64,000 bases of DNA, taken from Hemiscyllium ocellatum. Its lineage: Eukaryota. This document shows, piece after piece, positions 63,701 through 64,000 of the stretch (the stretch's first letter is position 1; each line of letters opens with the position of its first letter). Location: NCBI RefSeq assembly GCF_020745735.1, contig NC_083409.1, positions 9,351,534-9,415,533 on the forward strand. Direction: 5' to 3'. The position numbers were made by a program, and so were the translations under genes. Below the pieces are notes generated by a model that saw only the letters and a list, made by a program, of their open reading frames with translations, did not search any database and was not told the DNA's origin.

Positions 63701-64000
63701 CAGGTACAGAAAGGAGATCAGGAAAAATATTTTGATGCAGTTATTTGAATTTAATGATTATAAACTGAGTGCTCTGTTCAAAAAAGTACAGAATTACTTT
63801 TTAGGATTTCAACAGGTCTGAAGCAAAAGAGGAAATCAGGATCAGTCAGTTCAGAATACAGAATTTGAGTGAGACAAAACCCTTCTTGCGAAAGCGTTTC
63901 ATTTTGCCTTGCTTTCTCTCCATGGATGCCGCATGACCCGCTGGGATCTTCAGTCTACATGGTATTTGCCTTTGCTGTGCTATTTCTTGCAAATTGTCCT

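Overview
Cartilaginous-fish (shark, probably a carpet/bamboo shark judging by the SINE family) genomic DNA, about two-thirds decayed retroelements (CR1/L2-type LINEs, tRNA-derived SINEs, a Penelope-like element, a Gypsy remnant). It holds two immunoglobulin kappa-type (type III / nurse-shark NS4-like) light-chain clusters arranged head-to-head. The right cluster (+ strand) is intact and unrearranged: promoter, leader 38948-38996, V 39183-39493 with 12-RSS, 23-RSS with J 39993-40027, an 11.8-kb intron and C 51877-52205. The left cluster (- strand, 7175-6644) is a germline-joined VJ pseudogene with no RSSs, two stop codons, two deletions, an out-of-frame joint and a dead J donor; its C exon is predicted about 3 kb left of the window. 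The two clusters lie in an inverted duplication (1 to ~16.1 kb versus ~32.2 to 48.9 kb) whose identity is very uneven. Best leads: the fixed non-productive germline VJ joint; a conserved PU.1/IRF + E-box island 5-6 kb upstream of both promoters; an orphan near-consensus 12-RSS 6.2 kb downstream of C plus a conserved isolated heptamer in the J-C intron (possible kappa-deleting-element analogue); a conserved antisense exon-like block in the J-C intron; a CTCF motif 3' of the cluster; and hammerhead-ribozyme-like mini-elements. Percent identities are hand estimates; no database searches were run.
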